64,000 bases of DNA. Source: an uncultured Acidobacteriota bacterium (lineage in GTDB: Bacteria > Acidobacteriota > Vicinamibacteria > Vicinamibacterales > UBA2999). How positions within the stretch are numbered: the stretch's first letter is position 1; every line of letters starts with the position of its first letter. Shown piece after piece: positions 38,143-50,027 of the stretch. The notes below the pieces were generated by a model. It did not search any database and had not been told where the DNA came from. It saw nothing but the letters and a program-made list of their open reading frames with translations. The stretch spans positions 4,064-68,063 of the forward strand of contig CAWJEM010000011.1 in the NCBI GenBank assembly GCA_963841905.1. The letters run 5' to 3'. Made by a program: the position numbers and the translations under genes.

Positions 38143-38230
38143 CCACAAAGGCACGAAGGAAAGGAACTCTCTCACTTTCGTGACTTCGTGACTTCGTCGC
38201 TACGTCGTGGCTACGTCGTGGCTACGTCGT
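38143..38230. repeat. Word array W-I: a CACGAAG word, 3 x TTCGTSRC (period 8), then about 3 x GCTACGTCGTG (period 11)
   Basis: GGCACGAAGG lies at 38150-38159. TTCGTGAC TTCGTGAC TTCGTCGC lies at 38177-38200. GCTACGTCGTG, about 3 copies, lies at 38199-38230. It sits between convergent genes. Confidence 0.85.
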
Positions 38231-38231
38231 T

Positions 38232-38957
38232 TCAGGCTCCCTGAATCCGCGTGATGATCGGCCGGCCGCTCCGCTGCGCCCCGTCCATCGTGCCCGAGAC
38301 CCGCTGGATCGTGACGACCAAGGTCTTCTGTGAGGTCTGGCCGCCGGGCGCGCGAACTTCGGCGTTGAGCGTCACGTCCTTGCTCAGCAACTCGCCCTGA
38401 AACTTCTCAGGCGCCAGCGGCGGCTGGCCAGGCTGCGACAGGGAGGCTTCGGCCGGACCCGTCGCCGCGGCGAGGGCGGCCTTGGCCGCGGACGTGGCCT
38501 TCTGCATGGTCGCGGCTTCGCCCCGCCACTTCGTCCACTCGGCCTGCATCGTCTGCTGAGCCGCGGAAAGCTTCGCCTTGGGGTCCCGCTCCATCTTGGC
38601 GATGGCTTCGAGCGCTTGGCGATTGTTTGACTCCCATTCGAGCCGTTTCTTGCGATATTCGAGTTCCGCGGCGGTGGCATTCCGCTCGGCATCGATTAGC
38701 GTCTTGAATTCCAGCGGGCTGCGGCGCTCCTCCGATACATTCGTAATTTCGAAGTCAACGACCTCGCCCTGCTGGCGTGGGTCGAATGTGACGGCTGACA
38801 TACGCGCCAGCGTCTCGTTGTCGCGCGTGCGCGCGGCCCGGAAGAACTGATTCAGCGTCTGCTGCTCGGGCGGGGCCGAGCACGCGGCGGTAAGCAACGC
38901 GAGCGGTGCAATTGCCAGAGCAATGGCGATCGTCGCGCGGACCTTCGATACTGACAT
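38232..38957 (-). CDS. Hypothetical coiled-coil protein, probable lipoprotein
   Basis: The signal ..LALLTAAC is present. Its ATG at 38957 abuts the gyrA stop codon (TAGATG). Confidence 0.6.
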   Translation of the reverse strand: MSVSKVRATIAIALAIAPLALLTAACSAPPEQQTLNQFFRAARTRDNETLARMSAVTFDPRQQGEVVDFEITNVSEERRSPLEFKTLIDAERNATAAELEYRKKRLEWESNNRQALEAIAKMERDPKAKLSAAQQTMQAEWTKWRGEAATMQKATSAAKAALAAATGPAEASLSQPGQPPLAPEKFQGELLSKDVTLNAEVRAPGGQTSQKTLVVTIQRVSGTMDGAQRSGRPIITRIQGA

Positions 38958-41459
38958 CTAGCCCTCCTCTGGCGGAGAAGCTACTACTTCTTCATCACGT
39001 TCCACAAGGGCGACCGACACGACGCTGTCGTCCTCCCCGAGATCCATCACGCGAACGCCTTGCGTAGCGCGACCGATGGTGCGGATATCGGCGGCCGGCG
39101 TCCGGAGAATCTTGCCCTGTTGGGTGATGACCAGCAGCTCGTTGTTCTCGTGCACCTGGGCGATGCCGACCACGGGGCCGTTTTTCTCGGTAATCTCCAG
39201 GTTCTTCAGGCCGAGGCCGCCGCGGCTCTGGACGCGATACTCCTCGAGATCGGTCCGCTTGGCATACCCCTTCTGCGTCACCGTCAACAGGGTGCCGCCC
39301 GGTTTGACGACCTCCATGGCCACGACCTGGTCGCCCTCCCGCAACTGAATGCCCCGGACGCCGTACGCCGTTCGTCCCATGCTCCGGACATCATCTTCGC
39401 TGAAGCGGATCGCCATCCCCATTCGTGTGCCGATGAAGATCTGGCTTTCGCCGTCGGACAGTCGGACGGCCATCACCTCGTCGTCTTCTTCAATGCCCAT
39501 CGCGATGATGCCGCCCGCCCGCGGGTTGCTGAACGATGCCAGCTCGGTCTTCTTGATCGAGCCCTTGCGCGTCCCCATGACGATGAAGTGCTTCTCGTCG
39601 AAGTCCAGAACGGGCAACATCGCCGCTGTTTTCTCCCCTGGCTGCATCTGCACGAGGTTGGCGATGGCTTTGCCCTTGCCGTCCGGGCCGACATCCGGGA
39701 TCTCGTGAACCTTGAGCCAATACGCCCGGCCGCGATCCGAGAACACCATCATGTAGGCATGTGTCGAGGCCACGAACAGGTGATTGACGACATCTTCTTC
39801 GCGCGTTCGCATGCCGATGCGGCCTTTGCCGCCTCGCTTTTGATTGCGGTAGGTCGAAATGGGTGTCCGTTTGATGTAGCCGGTATCGGTGACGGTGATC
39901 GCCACGTCCTCGTCCGCGATGAGATCCTCGATGCTCAGCTCGCCTTCCTGGTCCAGGATGGTCGTGCGCCGGTCGTCGCCGAACTTGCTCTGCACCCCGC
40001 GCAGCTCGTCGATGATGATCTCGAGCAGCAATCGATCGCTGGCAAGGATTTCGCGCAAGCTTCCGATGAGCGCGACGAGCTCGCCCAGTTCATCGAGGAT
40101 CTTCTGGCGTTCCAAGCCGGTCAGCCGTTGGAGCTGCATGTCGAGGATGGCCTGGGCCTGCAGCTCACTCAACCCGAATTCGGAGACCAGTCCGGCCTTT
40201 GCCTCCAGTGGATTCTTCGACGCTCGAATCAGCGCGATCACGGCGTCGAGCTTGTCGAGGGCAATCCGCAGGCCCTCGAGGATGTGCGCCCGCGCCTCGG
40301 CCTTGCGAAGCTCGAACTCGATGCGCCGGCGGACGACCTCGCGCCGGAACTGAACGAACTCCTCGATGACCTCTAGCAGCGTCAGCACTCGCGGCCGGCC
40401 GGCAACGATGGCGAGCATGATGATGCCGAACGTCTGCTGCAGCTGCGTGTGTTTGTAGAGGTTGTTGAGGATGACCTCGCCCACTTCGCCGCGCTTCAAC
40501 TCGATCACGACGCGCATGCCGTCGCGATCCGACTCATCACGAATGTCAGAGATGCCTTCGATGGTCTTGTCGCGAACCAGGTCGGCAACGCGTTCGAGCA
40601 GCCTCGCTTTGTTGACCTGATAAGGAATTTCGGTGATGACGATCTGCGATCGATCGCCCTTCTTCATGGGCTCGATCTCCGCCTTGGCGCGCATCTGCAC
40701 GCCACCGCGGCCGGTCAGATACGCCTCGCGGATCCCCGAGCGCCCCACGATGAGCCCGCCGGTGGGGAAGTCGGGACCGGGAATACGCTCGATGAGCCCC
40801 TTGAGCTTCTGCTCCCGCGTCAAGGTCGTCCGCGGCGCCGGTCCGGGCGCCGGAGGCATCAGCGTCTGCTCGATGAGCCACACCGCGCCTTCGATGACCT
40901 CGCGAAGGTTGTGGGGTGGGACGTTGGTCGCCATGCCGACTGCGATACCAGCCGACCCGTTGACCAAAAGACTCGGAAACGGCGTGGGCAGGACCGTCGG
41001 TTCGTGCGTCGTTTCGTCGAAGTTGGGAACGTAGTCGACGGTGTCCCGGTCGAGGTCGGACATCATCGATTCCGACAACGCCTCGAGGCGGGCTTCGGTG
41101 TACCGATAGGCCGCCGGCGGATCCCCATCGACGGACCCAAAGTTGCCCTGGCCGTCGACCAGCGTGTAGCGCATGTTGAAGTCCTGCGCCAAACGGACGA
41201 GCGTATCGTAAGCCGGCGCATCGCCGTGCGGGTGATAGTTGCCGATCACCTCGCCGACGATCTTCGCGCACTTGCGATGCGCACGATTCGAGGCCAGGCC
41301 CATCTGCCGCATGGCGTACAGCACGCGCCGATGCGCCGGTTTCAACCCGTCGCGAACGTCAGGCAGCGCCCGCCCGATGATCACGCTCATCGCGTAATCG
41401 AGGTACGAGCGGCGCATTTCGTCTTCGATGTTTACGGGAATACGTTGTTCGGTGGTCAT
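38958..41459 (-). CDS. gyrA: DNA gyrase subunit A
   Basis: 833 aa. Contains ..NYHPHGDAPAYDTLVRLAQDF.. and the active-site region AAYRYTEARL. Confidence 0.95.
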   Translation of the reverse strand: MTTEQRIPVNIEDEMRRSYLDYAMSVIIGRALPDVRDGLKPAHRRVLYAMRQMGLASNRAHRKCAKIVGEVIGNYHPHGDAPAYDTLVRLAQDFNMRYTLVDGQGNFGSVDGDPPAAYRYTEARLEALSESMMSDLDRDTVDYVPNFDETTHEPTVLPTPFPSLLVNGSAGIAVGMATNVPPHNLREVIEGAVWLIEQTLMPPAPGPAPRTTLTREQKLKGLIERIPGPDFPTGGLIVGRSGIREAYLTGRGGVQMRAKAEIEPMKKGDRSQIVITEIPYQVNKARLLERVADLVRDKTIEGISDIRDESDRDGMRVVIELKRGEVGEVILNNLYKHTQLQQTFGIIMLAIVAGRPRVLTLLEVIEEFVQFRREVVRRRIEFELRKAEARAHILEGLRIALDKLDAVIALIRASKNPLEAKAGLVSEFGLSELQAQAILDMQLQRLTGLERQKILDELGELVALIGSLREILASDRLLLEIIIDELRGVQSKFGDDRRTTILDQEGELSIEDLIADEDVAITVTDTGYIKRTPISTYRNQKRGGKGRIGMRTREEDVVNHLFVASTHAYMMVFSDRGRAYWLKVHEIPDVGPDGKGKAIANLVQMQPGEKTAAMLPVLDFDEKHFIVMGTRKGSIKKTELASFSNPRAGGIIAMGIEEDDEVMAVRLSDGESQIFIGTRMGMAIRFSEDDVRSMGRTAYGVRGIQLREGDQVVAMEVVKPGGTLLTVTQKGYAKRTDLEEYRVQSRGGLGLKNLEITEKNGPVVGIAQVHENNELLVITQQGKILRTPAADIRTIGRATQGVRVMDLGEDDSVVSVALVERDEEVVASPPEEG

Positions 41460-41465
41460 TTCAGA

Positions 41466-41566
41466 AGGGCGTAGGGCATGGGGCTTAGGGCAAAGGGCAG
41501 GGTTGAGGGTTTAGGGAAATGCATCTCTGTTCCCGCTAAGCCCTATGCCCTGTGCCCTACGCCCTG

Positions 41567-41567
<1 letters not shown>
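41466..41567. repeat. Word array W-L: eight G3-containing GGGC-type words versus a CCC-containing complementary arm
   Basis: AGGGCGTAGGGCA (41466-41478) pairs perfectly with TGCCCTACGCCCT (41553-41565). GGGCTTAG (41481-41488) pairs with CTAAGCCC (41536-41543). It fills the gyrB-gyrA spacer. Confidence 0.9.
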
Positions 41568-44197
<2,630 letters not shown>

Positions 44198-44207
44198 TCA
44201 CAAACAA

Positions 44208-44275
44208 GCCTCAGAGGCACAGAGACTCAGAAACTCGTAATGGCTCCCTGTCTCTGAGACTCTGCGTCTCGGGGG
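44208..44275. repeat. Word array W-M: CAGAG-type words versus CTCTG-type words
   Basis: gcctCAGAGgcaCAGAGactCAGAAac .. ctgtCTCTGagaCTCTGcgtctcggggg. About 17 of 21 positions are complementary. It lies in the dnaN-gyrB spacer. Confidence 0.85.
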
Positions 44276-44307
44276 CTTTCCCGTTTATCGGCCTGTCTGT
44301 GCCTCTC

Positions 44308-45420
44308 TCACACCCGCATCGGCATAATCACGTAGGTGTAGTCGTAACCCTCGACGCCGACCGGTCTCATAACCGCCTGACTTACCTCGTCTTTCAACTC
44401 GAGCGCGACCACATCGCTTTCGACAACGTTCAGGAAATCCTGAACATACTGCGCGTTGAAACAAATCGTCAGCGCCGGGCCGCTGTAGTCCACGCTGAGC
44501 GGCTCGCGCGCCTCGCCGAACTCCGGGCTGCTGGAGGTGACCTCGACCCTCCCCTTGTCAATCAGGAACTTCACAGCTCGAGAACGTTCATTCGACAGAA
44601 TCGACACGCGACGGACGGCGCTCGTCAAGCGATCGCGCTCGAACTCGATGCGCTTGTCATTCGCTTTTGGAATGACCTTCTCGTAAGCCGGAAACTGTCC
44701 ATCAATCATTCGCGAGATCAACAGGCGCGGCCCGATCTCGAAAAACAGGTGGTTCTCGCCCCGCTCATAGTGGACGTCGCTGTCGTCCACGACCAGGCGC
44801 GAGAGCTCGGCCAGCGTCTTCCGCGGAAGAATGGCCTTGATCTCGTCACCCGCCGGGCCCGCCGGGTCGCGGCGCGCATTGACCAGCGCGAGACGATGGC
44901 CATCAGTCGCGACCAGCGTCATCGCGTCGGGACGGAGCAGAAACAACGCGCCATTCAAATAAAACCGCGTGTCTTCGCCCGTAATCGCAAATTGCGTCTT
45001 CGCCACCATCTCGCGGAGCGCGTTTCCCTTGATCGTCGATCGCACACCTGCGCCTGCTTCGGGAAGGCTCGGAAAGTCCTCGCGCGGCAGCGTGGGCATT
45101 CGCGACTCAAACTTCTCGGCCGACACCTTCACGCCAGTCCCGCCTTTTTCGGTGGCAAGTTTGACGTCCGACTCGGGCAACGCCCTCACGATCTCGTACA
45201 ACTTCTTCGCGGGTAGTGTTACGGCACCCGCCTGGTCGACGGCAGCTTCGCAACGGCTGCGCAAGGCCACTTCGAGATCGGTGGCGAGAAGCGTCAGCTC
45301 ACTACCGTTCGATTCGAGCAGCACGTTCGCCAGGATGGGAATCGTGTTCTTGCGCTCAACGATCTGCTGGAAGAATTGCAGTTCCCGCACAAGATCGGCT
45401 TTCCTGGCGACCAGTTCCAT
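44308..45420 (-). CDS. dnaN: DNA polymerase III beta sliding clamp
   Basis: 370 aa. The N-terminus is MELVARKADLVRELQFFQQIVERKNTIPILANVLLE and the C-terminus is ..YTYVIMPMRV. Confidence 0.95.
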   Translation of the reverse strand: MELVARKADLVRELQFFQQIVERKNTIPILANVLLESNGSELTLLATDLEVALRSRCEAAVDQAGAVTLPAKKLYEIVRALPESDVKLATEKGGTGVKVSAEKFESRMPTLPREDFPSLPEAGAGVRSTIKGNALREMVAKTQFAITGEDTRFYLNGALFLLRPDAMTLVATDGHRLALVNARRDPAGPAGDEIKAILPRKTLAELSRLVVDDSDVHYERGENHLFFEIGPRLLISRMIDGQFPAYEKVIPKANDKRIEFERDRLTSAVRRVSILSNERSRAVKFLIDKGRVEVTSSSPEFGEAREPLSVDYSGPALTICFNAQYVQDFLNVVESDVVALELKDEVSQAVMRPVGVEGYDYTYVIMPMRV

Positions 45421-45675
45421 GAAATTGTCCCCGGATGGACGGGTCCTTTGGACCCCTGTGTACGACTCAATCTTGAGGTAATGAGAGTAGACAAGAAATT
45501 ATACAGGAAATAGGTGCTGTTGACGAAATTAGCCGTGCTTGTAACCCCAAATCTATCAACAATTTAAACTGTGGATTTTTCTGTGGTACCGGCGTGGACA
45601 ACCGGAGCCTTTCCGGGCTCGTTTGGGGTCGGTTGGAGCCATCAACAAGACGTCAACAGATGGGGTTGTGGAAAT
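45421..45675. other. Candidate oriC / DNA-unwinding region (locally AT-rich dnaA-dnaN spacer with degenerate DnaA boxes)
   Basis: It is visibly more AT-rich than the rest of this high-GC window (..gaaattatacaggaaatagg..caacaatttaaactgtggattttt..). Box-like 9-mers are TGTGGATTT (45570-45578), TGTGGTACC (45582-45590) and TGTGGAAAT (45667-45675). Confidence 0.45.
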
Positions 45676-47013
45676 CTACTTAAACGACTCCAAGAGGCTG
45701 TTGATCAGGTTGTTGAACGCCCCGTCTTTGGTCCGCAAGTCTACGACTTTTTTGATCGAATGAATCACCGTCGAGTGGTGCTTGCCGCCAAAGCTGCGGC
45801 CGATCTCGGGCAGGGACGCATGGGTCAGTGACTTGCACAGATACATGGCGACCTGTCGAGGCATGGCGATCGACTTCGAGTTGTTCCGCGACTTCAGGTC
45901 GGCCAGCTTCAATTGGTAGTAATCAGCGACGAACTTCTGAATCTGCTCAATCGTGATCGCCTTCTCGTCCAAATCCTTTACGTTTCGCAGCACCTCCTGC
46001 GCGAGCTCCAGCGTCAGCGCCTGCCCTCTCAACGACGCGTAAGCGATCAGCCGAATAAGTGACCCTTCGAGCTCGCGAATGTTCGACTTGAAGCGGCTGG
46101 CCATGTACAGCGCCACGCCGTCCGGCAAAGGAACCCCTTCAGTTTCCGCCTTTTTCTTGAGAATTGCGACTTTCGTTTCGATGTCGGGCGGTTGAATATC
46201 GGCAATCAGACCCCACTCGAATCGTGATCGCAACCGCTCCTCGAGCGCCGGGATTTCGTGCGGCGGTCGATCGCTGCTGATGACGATTTGCTTCTGCGCG
46301 TCGTGCAGTGCGTTGAACGTGTGGAAGAACTCGTTCTGCGTGCCTTCCTTTCCCGAGACGAACTGGATGTCGTCAACCAGCAGCAGATCGACGCTGCGAT
46401 AGCGCTCGCGAAAGTCGAGGATGCGGTCAAAACGTAGCGCGTTGATCATCTCGTTCATGAAGCGTTCGGACGAGATGTAGGTGAGCCTCATGCCGCGGCT
46501 GTGCCGAAGGACGTAGTGCCCAATGGCGTGCATCAGATGCGTCTTGCCCAGGCCGACGCCGCCGTAGATGAACAGCGGGTTGTACGAACGTGACGGCGCT
46601 TCGGCGACCGCGCGACAGGCCGCATCGGCAAACTGATTCGAGGGCCCGACGATGAAAGTATCGAATGTGTAGCGTGGGTTGAGGCCCGCCTGGCTGACGA
46701 CGGGATGAGTAGGGTCTGCTTCGAGCAGGGGCGGCTCAGCCACGAGGTCGGGCGACTCCGTCGGGCTTCCATCGTCTGGGATGAAGACCAGTTCCGTGTT
46801 GGGCCTGCCCACGTCCTTGAGCGCTTCGGCCAGCACGACCGAATAGTGCTTGGGAAGCCATTCGGTGAACAGTACGGTTGGGACCTTCACGGCAACCTTG
46901 GCACCGTGGTCGACCAGCATGGACGTAGGTTTGAACCAGGTCGAAAAGCTGTGCCGGCCGACTTTTGATTCGATGCGGCTCAGGACCTGTTCCCAAATCG
47001 AGTTGGCGGACAT
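45676..47013 (-). CDS. dnaA: Chromosomal replication initiator DnaA
   Basis: Starts MSANSIWEQVLSRIESKV at 47013. Walker A is GGVGLGKTHL and the C-terminal DNA-binding helix is ..MPRQVAMYLCKSLT... The ORF-track N-terminal extension to 47139 is unlikely. Confidence 0.95.
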   Translation of the reverse strand: MSANSIWEQVLSRIESKVGRHSFSTWFKPTSMLVDHGAKVAVKVPTVLFTEWLPKHYSVVLAEALKDVGRPNTELVFIPDDGSPTESPDLVAEPPLLEADPTHPVVSQAGLNPRYTFDTFIVGPSNQFADAACRAVAEAPSRSYNPLFIYGGVGLGKTHLMHAIGHYVLRHSRGMRLTYISSERFMNEMINALRFDRILDFRERYRSVDLLLVDDIQFVSGKEGTQNEFFHTFNALHDAQKQIVISSDRPPHEIPALEERLRSRFEWGLIADIQPPDIETKVAILKKKAETEGVPLPDGVALYMASRFKSNIRELEGSLIRLIAYASLRGQALTLELAQEVLRNVKDLDEKAITIEQIQKFVADYYQLKLADLKSRNNSKSIAMPRQVAMYLCKSLTHASLPEIGRSFGGKHHSTVIHSIKKVVDLRTKDGAFNNLINSLLESFK

Positions 47014-47196
47014 GCTCGTAGACGCCCTGAAACTCGGTGCTTTCGGACTTTCGCCTCGCGCCGAGCGCGGTGTTACACGGTCTTTGCAACCGTCACTGCA
47101 ACGAAACAACCGTTTGGAGCCGTTTCTGGCCCTTCGCATCGCGGAAACGCCCGAAAAACGGCGATCCGCCGCTGCCCCGGCCGTGTTTGCTCAGGT

Positions 47197-47228
47197 TTTT
47201 CCACAACCTTTTCCACAGTTGTGGAAAA
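47197..47228. promoter_or_regulatory. Three perfect DnaA-box 9-mers (TTTTCCACA x2 direct plus TGTGGAAAA inverted)
   Basis: The boxes lie at 47197-47205, 47209-47217 and 47220-47228. The last two form the palindrome TTTTCCACAgtTGTGGAAAA. The cluster is ~185-215 nt upstream of dnaA, in the dnaA/rpmH divergent spacer. Confidence 0.75.
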
Positions 47229-47351
47229 CTTCCGCAAGGCGAAACTGCGATCCTAGCATGCCCGTTCCACCGTGACGGAGCTCTTTGACTGTTTGAGCCC
47301 GGCGTTGACACCCGGCTGGTGTAGAATCAGAAGTTTCCTGAGGACTCATCG

Positions 47352-47507
47352 ATGGCGAAGGGTAAGCGTACATTTCAACCAAACAACCGTCATCGCAAAC
47401 GGACCCACGGTTTTTTGGTCCGGATGGCGACCAAGGATGGTCAACAGGTCCTGAAACGCCGCCGGGCGAAGGGACGAAAGCGGTTGACGGTCTCTGACGA
47501 GCGATAG
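47352..47507 (+). CDS. rpmH: 50S ribosomal protein L34
   Basis: [51 protein letters not shown] (51 aa). It is too short to appear in the ORF track. Confidence 0.95.
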   Translation: MAKGKRTFQPNNRHRKRTHGFLVRMATKDGQQVLKRRRAKGRKRLTVSDER

Positions 47508-47554
47508 CTCCGTGGTCGGCACGCTGTGCCCTTATGCCGGCGTGACAGCGCGTC

Positions 47555-47950
47555 ATGCCTCGATTCAGGCCGGCAGAACACATTCGACGTCGTGCGGATT
47601 TCGAGCGCGCCTACGAGACCGGCGCCCGGCTCAGTGGCCAACTCATGACGCTCTTCGTCATAGCCAATGATGGTGACCATGCCCGGCTCGGTATTGCGGC
47701 AACACGCAAGATTGGTGGAGCGGTCGTCCGGAATCGAGCCAAGCGCCTCGCACGCGAACTATTCCGCCACCTGAAGCCTGATACGCACCTCGACATCATC
47801 GTTGTCCCGCGCCGCCAATTCGCCGATGCACCCTACCTCGACCTCGAGCGCGAACTCAGTGAACTCCTCGATCGGGCCCTTCGTCGCCACCCGTCAGCCC
47901 CTGCCGGGGCCCGCCGCAAGCGCGGCGCTCGCCCTTATACGAGCGTATAA
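47555..47950 (+). CDS. rnpA: RNase P protein component
   Basis: Contains ..[28 protein letters not shown].. and follows rpmH. Confidence 0.85.
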   Translation: MPRFRPAEHIRRRADFERAYETGARLSGQLMTLFVIANDGDHARLGIAATRKIGGAVVRNRAKRLARELFRHLKPDTHLDIIVVPRRQFADAPYLDLERELSELLDRALRRHPSAPAGARRKRGARPYTSV

Positions 47951-48161
47951 GTATCTGTTTTCTCCGTGGCTTACAGGCGCTTGCCGGTTCGTCCCGACTT
48001 GCGCCGATTACGCCGCCGAGGCAATCGCTCGCCATGGCCTGGTCCGAGGCGGGTGGCTTGGAATGGTCCGGCTGTGCCGATGCCACCCGTTCGGTGGGTC
48101 GGGATTCGATCCCGTCCCCCACCCGACTGAACATTCATCCCACTCACATCCGACCCGCTGA
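47859..48161 (+). CDS. yidD: Membrane protein insertion efficiency factor YidD
   Basis: The core is [52 protein letters not shown]. The start is uncertain (GTG at 47859 or earlier). It overlaps the end of rnpA. Confidence 0.75.
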   Translation: MNSSIGPFVATRQPLPGPAASAALALIRAYKYLFSPWLTGACRFVPTCADYAAEAIARHGLVRGGWLGMVRLCRCHPFGGSGFDPVPHPTEHSSHSHPTR

Positions 48162-49849
48162 TGGAACGTCGCGTTCTGCTCGCTATTACGCTCTCCTTCG
48201 TGGTGCTAGTCGCGTTTCAGGCACTGTTCGTCCCGCCGCCTGCGCCGCCTGCCAATACCACGCCGGCAACCGCCGCGACGGTCGCGGCGCCGGAGCCCGT
48301 CGTGCCGGCCCCCCCCGTGACGGCGGCTCCGATCTTGCCTGCTGCCACACCTTCGCTGCTGGTCGGCGACACGGCTGAACGCGAAATCACGGTTGAGACG
48401 CAAAAGGTCCGGGCAGTCTTTAGCAACCGGGGCGGCCGCCTGCGGCATTGGGTCCTCAAGGAGTACAAAAACGATGCGGGACAGCCGCTGGATCTGATTC
48501 CCGAATCCATCCCGACCGATCTGCCGTGGCCATTCTCGCTGCGCGTCGACGACGCCGCAGCCACCACGCGGCTGAACGACGCCCTGTATCGGGTATCTGG
48601 AGCCGAGGGCGCATCCGTTGACGCGACGGCCACGCCGACCACACTCGCCTTCGAACTGGAAACGGCTGAGGGGCTCCGGGCCCGCAAGGTGTTTTCCTTT
48701 GAGCCCGCCTCGTTCGTCGTGTCCTTTACCGCGCAGGTGCAGCAGGGGAACGAGGTGTTGAACCCGACGGTGGAGTGGGGCCCTGGGCTGGGCGACGGCA
48801 TCGCTCGCACACAACCCGGATCCTTCCTGTCACCGGCCTACACGTATCTCGCGCAAGCGATCTACCACCAGGACGGAGAGGTCGTGCGCGCGCCCGCCAC
48901 GTCGATGGGCAGCGGCATCGTCCGGGAAGGCCAGCTCCGCTGGGCAGGGGTGGATGATCATTACTTCATCAGCGCAGTGCTGCAGCCCGCGTCGCCGGCG
49001 CGTCTCGAGTATCGACCGGTGTCGATACCAGCGCCCTCGGGGCCACAGATGATTGGCCAGTACGTGGCCTACGCGGTGCAATTTCCCGCCGCTCCTGAGA
49101 ACGCCCGCTTTTTCGTCGGTCCCAAGCAGCTCGATGTGATGCGAAGCATCGATCCGGAGTTCACGCGCGCCATCTACTTTGGAATGTTCGCCTGGCTGGC
49201 CGCGCCACTGCTCGACGCGCTGCGATGGGTCCACGGATTCGTCGGCGATTGGGGTTGGGCGATTATCGTTCTAACGATCCTCATCAATCTCGCGATGGCG
49301 CCGCTCCGTCACAAGAGCGTTGTTTCGATGCGGAAGATGCAGGAACTGCAGCCGCACATGAAGGCCATTCAGGAACGATACGCCAAGTACAAGATCACCG
49401 ATCCTGAACGGCAGAAGATGAACACGGAGGTCATGGAGCTCTATAAGAGCCGGGGCGTGAATCCAGCCAGTGGCTGCGTGCCAACGCTCCTGACCATGCC
49501 CTTCTTGTTTGCCTTTTACGCCATGCTCGGGCAGGCCATTGAAATTCGCGGGCACGATTTTCTGTGGGTTCCAGACCTGTCGGGCGCCGACACCTACTAC
49601 ATCCTTCCGGTGTTGATGGGGGCCTCGATGTTCTTGCAGATGCGGATGACACCCGCGTCCGCCGACCCGACGCAACAGCGAATCATGATGTTCATGCCCA
49701 TCATGATCACGGTGACGATGCTCTTTGCGCCGGCAGGCTTGGTGATCTACTGGTTTGTCAGCAACCTGTGGACGATTGGCCAGCAGTACTTCACGAACTC
49801 AGTGCTCGGGCATCCGAAGGTGCCGGCGCGCGCCGGCTCGAAGCCGTGA
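48161..49849 (+). CDS. yidC: Membrane protein insertase YidC
   Basis: 562 aa, containing ..WGWAIIVLTILINLAMAPLRHKSVVSMRKMQELQPHMKAIQERY... Confidence 0.95.
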   Translation: MERRVLLAITLSFVVLVAFQALFVPPPAPPANTTPATAATVAAPEPVVPAPPVTAAPILPAATPSLLVGDTAEREITVETQKVRAVFSNRGGRLRHWVLKEYKNDAGQPLDLIPESIPTDLPWPFSLRVDDAAATTRLNDALYRVSGAEGASVDATATPTTLAFELETAEGLRARKVFSFEPASFVVSFTAQVQQGNEVLNPTVEWGPGLGDGIARTQPGSFLSPAYTYLAQAIYHQDGEVVRAPATSMGSGIVREGQLRWAGVDDHYFISAVLQPASPARLEYRPVSIPAPSGPQMIGQYVAYAVQFPAAPENARFFVGPKQLDVMRSIDPEFTRAIYFGMFAWLAAPLLDALRWVHGFVGDWGWAIIVLTILINLAMAPLRHKSVVSMRKMQELQPHMKAIQERYAKYKITDPERQKMNTEVMELYKSRGVNPASGCVPTLLTMPFLFAFYAMLGQAIEIRGHDFLWVPDLSGADTYYILPVLMGASMFLQMRMTPASADPTQQRIMMFMPIMITVTMLFAPAGLVIYWFVSNLWTIGQQYFTNSVLGHPKVPARAGSKP

Positions 49850-49924
49850 ACGGTCGTGTGGACGCACGCTGTCGCCCGCACGCGCTCGCGACAAACGCGC
49901 ACGTGCTCCCGACACTTACGCACT

Positions 49925-50027
49925 CGCCCAATCCGATCGCCCAATCGCCCAATACAATCACTCAATCGCGGAATCACCCATTGCAACCACCCAATCACCC
50001 ACTCACTCATTCACTAGATCCCAATGG
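49925..50027 (+). repeat. Word array W-P: single-stranded C/A-rich octamers of the (C/G)NCCCAAT type running up to the jag start codon
   Basis: The 8-mers are CGCCCAAT x3, CACTCAAT, CGCGGAAT, CACCCATT, CACCCAAT, CACCCACT, CACTCATT, CACTAGAT and CCCAATGG. They are interrupted by the 5-mers ccgat, acaat and gcaac. No complementary arm lies nearby. Confidence 0.85.

Noticed and set aside
47306-47328. TTGACA .. TAGAAT upstream of rpmH as a promoter.
   Set aside because: The spacer between the hexamers is only about 11 nt, far from the canonical 17, so it is not reported as a feature.
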